Assembly: GCA_030141605.1 (NCBI GenBank)
Contig: JAQGDQ010000346.1
Span: 39,742 to 103,741 of the forward strand
Reading direction: 5' to 3'
From: Tubiluchus corallicola
Taxonomy: Eukaryota > Animalia > Priapulida
DNA: 64,000 bases
Part shown: positions 60,801 through 64,000 of the stretch, piece after piece
Layout of the letters: the number at the start of each line of letters is the position of its first letter
How positions within the stretch are numbered: position 1 is the first letter of the stretch
Notes under the pieces: generated by a model
The model's database searches: none
Seen by the model: the letters and a program-made list of their open reading frames with translations, nothing else
What the model was told of the DNA's origin: nothing
Made by a program: the position numbers and the translations under genes

Positions 60801-63800
60801 TTGCCATAATCCTAATGATGACGCCGTCACATGAACAGTAGGAGATGTGACAGCTGTTATTAGTGGCGGAGAGCACGGGTGAGAACACAAAGAAGTTCCA
60901 TTAAATTTTTCACACTTGTTCTTGAATAGCCAATGCGATTTTTGTTGGATGTGCCACACAGAAGCTACTCTGGCTAATTTATCTGAATTGCATGTATATA
61001 TTGTAAATAAAAGAGTTAATCGTACATGGCAAAAATAATGTACTACATTTAGAAGCACGTTGAGGACACGTACGGTGTAGTCACTTAAGCCATGTGCCAA
61101 AAAATATCTCGTATATTATACCTCAATATTCTCATTCTCACGCCCAGGCAGAGATGATGTAACCTCAAACTCTGTCATAAACGTCCTAGATAGATACCCG
61201 GGTCATCAAAATTTACTGCCCGATAAAAATTTAATTTTTATGTAGTTTGTCCTCGTCACGTCATTCTACTTGATAAAGCAAAATAAAAAGCGTTTTCTCA
61301 CATTATATGCCCAAAGTTTTTTTATATGTACAGTGTCGCCATAAAGCAAAATCAGTGGATGCTCAAGAAACTGTACCTATTTTCAGGTGGGAGCGAGTTA
61401 ACAACTAGGCGGACTGACACATTACCCACAATTTACTCAACTAACATTGAAGAATGTCTCATCCCGGCTTGTGTGCAAAGTTTTGAATTTAGCAAAAAAA
61501 CTACCTCTGTTTATGGGTTTTCATTACTTTTTCCATAACTCTACTTCTTGGAACCCAATAAATTAATAGTTAATCAATTTGAGTGACGCGCGATTGGTTC
61601 TTGGAAATCCCATACTGATTTCCTGAAATTTGCTTCCATAGATGAACTATCATTGGGTTATTTCAATTATTCCTGTAATTTCACTATTATTTTTTGATGT
61701 TTTATCAACAGTCCTGCCAACTTTAAATAGGCTTACCTGCTGTTTCGTGGACTGTAATATGTGCAAAATGTTGTTGTATTAAATATTTATTTAAACCAGC
61801 TATCATTGGGTAACAGACAAAAGTGCCGGTGTGAATACAATTCCGACGCCCCTCTTCCCTAAACAAGAAAATATGACGATTTGAACGACCAGTGCTGAGG
61901 CAGTTTTTTAGATTTTTTTTTCATGTGTACGCCTAATCTAATTAATTTATAAAATCATTTCACTGTCTGGTCTCTTGAGCGGTCTATACCTTCTGTACCA
62001 AAGGATTTCCTGATTCCAGCCAAGTTCATAATTGCGTGGGAGATGAGAATGCATTGCGTGGGAGAGGAGAATGTATTGAATGATTTTCATATATTTATAT
62101 TATAGAAGATTTTATGGGATGAGTTTTCATATACCTGCTATTTTTAATGCCTTTGAGCAAAATGCATTTTCTGCCTTTGAGCAAAAACCGTGGACACGGC
62201 CTCCTGAATATTACCGACATATTCTGCGAATTAAATTATATATAACCACCAAACTTACATTTATTACTAAGAACGCGTCTGACGAGATACGAACCTAAAC
62301 CCTTTAGTGCTACTCCTTACTGACAGTAGCTCTACCTCTGGCGATAAAGTGCATCTTCGATGATCAGGCCCAAAAATGAACAAAACATTTATAAAATAAT
62401 ATACATTTATTACTATTATATTTATGCCATCACTACAAGTATACAACAGCATCCACGAGATGAACTCTGTCACAATTCCGCATCGTCACGGGTTTTAATA
62501 TTTTTATTAGGTTAAACGTGTGGGAAGTAATAAACAACGCCCTCGTGATCATAACGACGTTGTAATAGAAAAATGTTCAATAAAGCATTAATAAATGGCG
62601 ATAAACTGAACCAAAATAAGACGTTTTACAACGTGCTTCTGTTACAATCTCAAACAGTTTGCATACGCCTACAAACGTAGCATTTCTATTTCACAAATGT
62701 TTAAAATCTCGGTAAAAAACTGAGCTTTTCCTGAATGCCATATCCGCCAAGTTAATTACATCCTTTTGAGCAATCTTTTTGAAGCCAGTTGCGAGCTTTT
62801 ATGAAGCCATTGTGTGTGCATTGCAGCCGTCTGTTTACATTAACGTTCGCGTACGTTTACGTTGTTATACTACAGTTTCTCTCTCCCACGATCCCACCCC
62901 CGCGTCAGTAATATATCTGCATAGCTGAAGTAAATGATACCATATTTTGCTTAAAATGCTATAACAGCATTAGGAAATTAAGCAAACGAATGAAAAAAGT
63001 TACGTATACAGCATTCAAAGCACAAGAACACCCCTTCGCTTGCATAAAGCTTAAAAAATTCGTCTTGTAATTTTATACCACTCACACAATGCCTTTTTGC
63101 ATGCAGGGCTTACGTCGGCAGTAACGCTGTATAATACCTGTAATTTAAACTACCGCGATGACCGTTAGACGCGACTATTTCGACGATAGGTCATGTGAAA
63201 CAAGTTTAGATAACGCCGAGTAAAGTTTGAAAAAATAATCAGAGCATTCGTGGCGCACACGTTACTAACTAAGTAAAATTTTAAATTACTGTATGTTGTC
63301 AATAAAATAAAAAAATACGTTTTTGGTAGTGAATGGTGCACTCCGGAGGTGAGTCATAGACATTGTGCTATTTGGTGAAAACATTTTATATAATTAATAA
63401 TTTTCTTTTTTGTCTTGCAAGTACGCAAGCGAAATGCATAGTAATACAACTTTACATGGAAAGTTTTTTTGTAACTGAACATTAAAGGAAAGGCCAAGCC
63501 TTCTGGAAAGTTAAGCTTATTTCTATGTTCGCAAAAAATGTTTGAAGGATTTAGTAATAAAACTGCAATAGGCACCTCGTGTAACTAGTAAAATCACTTT
63601 GAAGACGCTTGAGGGCTACCATTTTCAATGCCCATTCTTTTTACCAAGACGTCATTCGTCCTGAAGAAAAATAACACACTGTTAATGTTCGTCAAAAGTA
63701 TAAAAGTTGTTACAAAACACTAGATACCTGATTTTGTAGCATTTTTGCGCGAATATTAGGTAAGCTGCAGAAGTTTGAATTAATTTAAGCAGCGCACGCT

Positions 63801-64000
63801 CACGGAAGTCATGAAGTTTCGCAGTTACGTCATAATTTTCAAAAGAATGACGGCAACTACCACCCCTGAAAACGTCTATTCAGAGGTAGTATATTTTAGA
63901 TTTAAGCTCTATAGAAAGTTTTTTGCAAATTTCTTTGTTATGTTCTTCTACGTTTAAGAGATAACAGTAAAATAAACACAACATACTGACTGACTTGTTC

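Overview
AT-rich, intron-containing animal (invertebrate-like) genomic DNA; nothing prokaryotic is present. Gene models were built by hand from GT-AG junctions and reading-frame phase. (1) The last exon of a Cys-loop (nicotinic-receptor-like) ion channel subunit, 416-981. (2) A complete 10-exon tandem paralog, 7283-29975, about 630 aa. It keeps the Cys-loop, the loop-C vicinal Cys-Cys and a cation-type M2, but has lost the loop A Tyr and loop B Trp used for acetylcholine binding. It also has an approximately 140-aa N-terminal extension ending in an RxxR site and a DEG-3-like M1-M2 linker. (3) A minus-strand single-pass membrane protein with a Tyr-motif-rich tail. (4) A head-to-head, Cys-rich, probably GPI-anchored protein gene whose best splice path contains an in-frame TAA. 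(5) A two-exon activin/inhibin-beta-like TGF-beta ligand preceded by a 200-bp (GA)n tract. Introns and intergenic DNA contain LINE remnants, a solo LTR, hAT, Tc1 and Harbinger-type MITEs, foldbacks, a 30-bp minisatellite, and a palindromic element carrying four tandem pri-miRNA-shaped hairpins. The best candidate for a novel system is the tandem pair of divergent, probably non-acetylcholine-gated receptors. No database searches were run.
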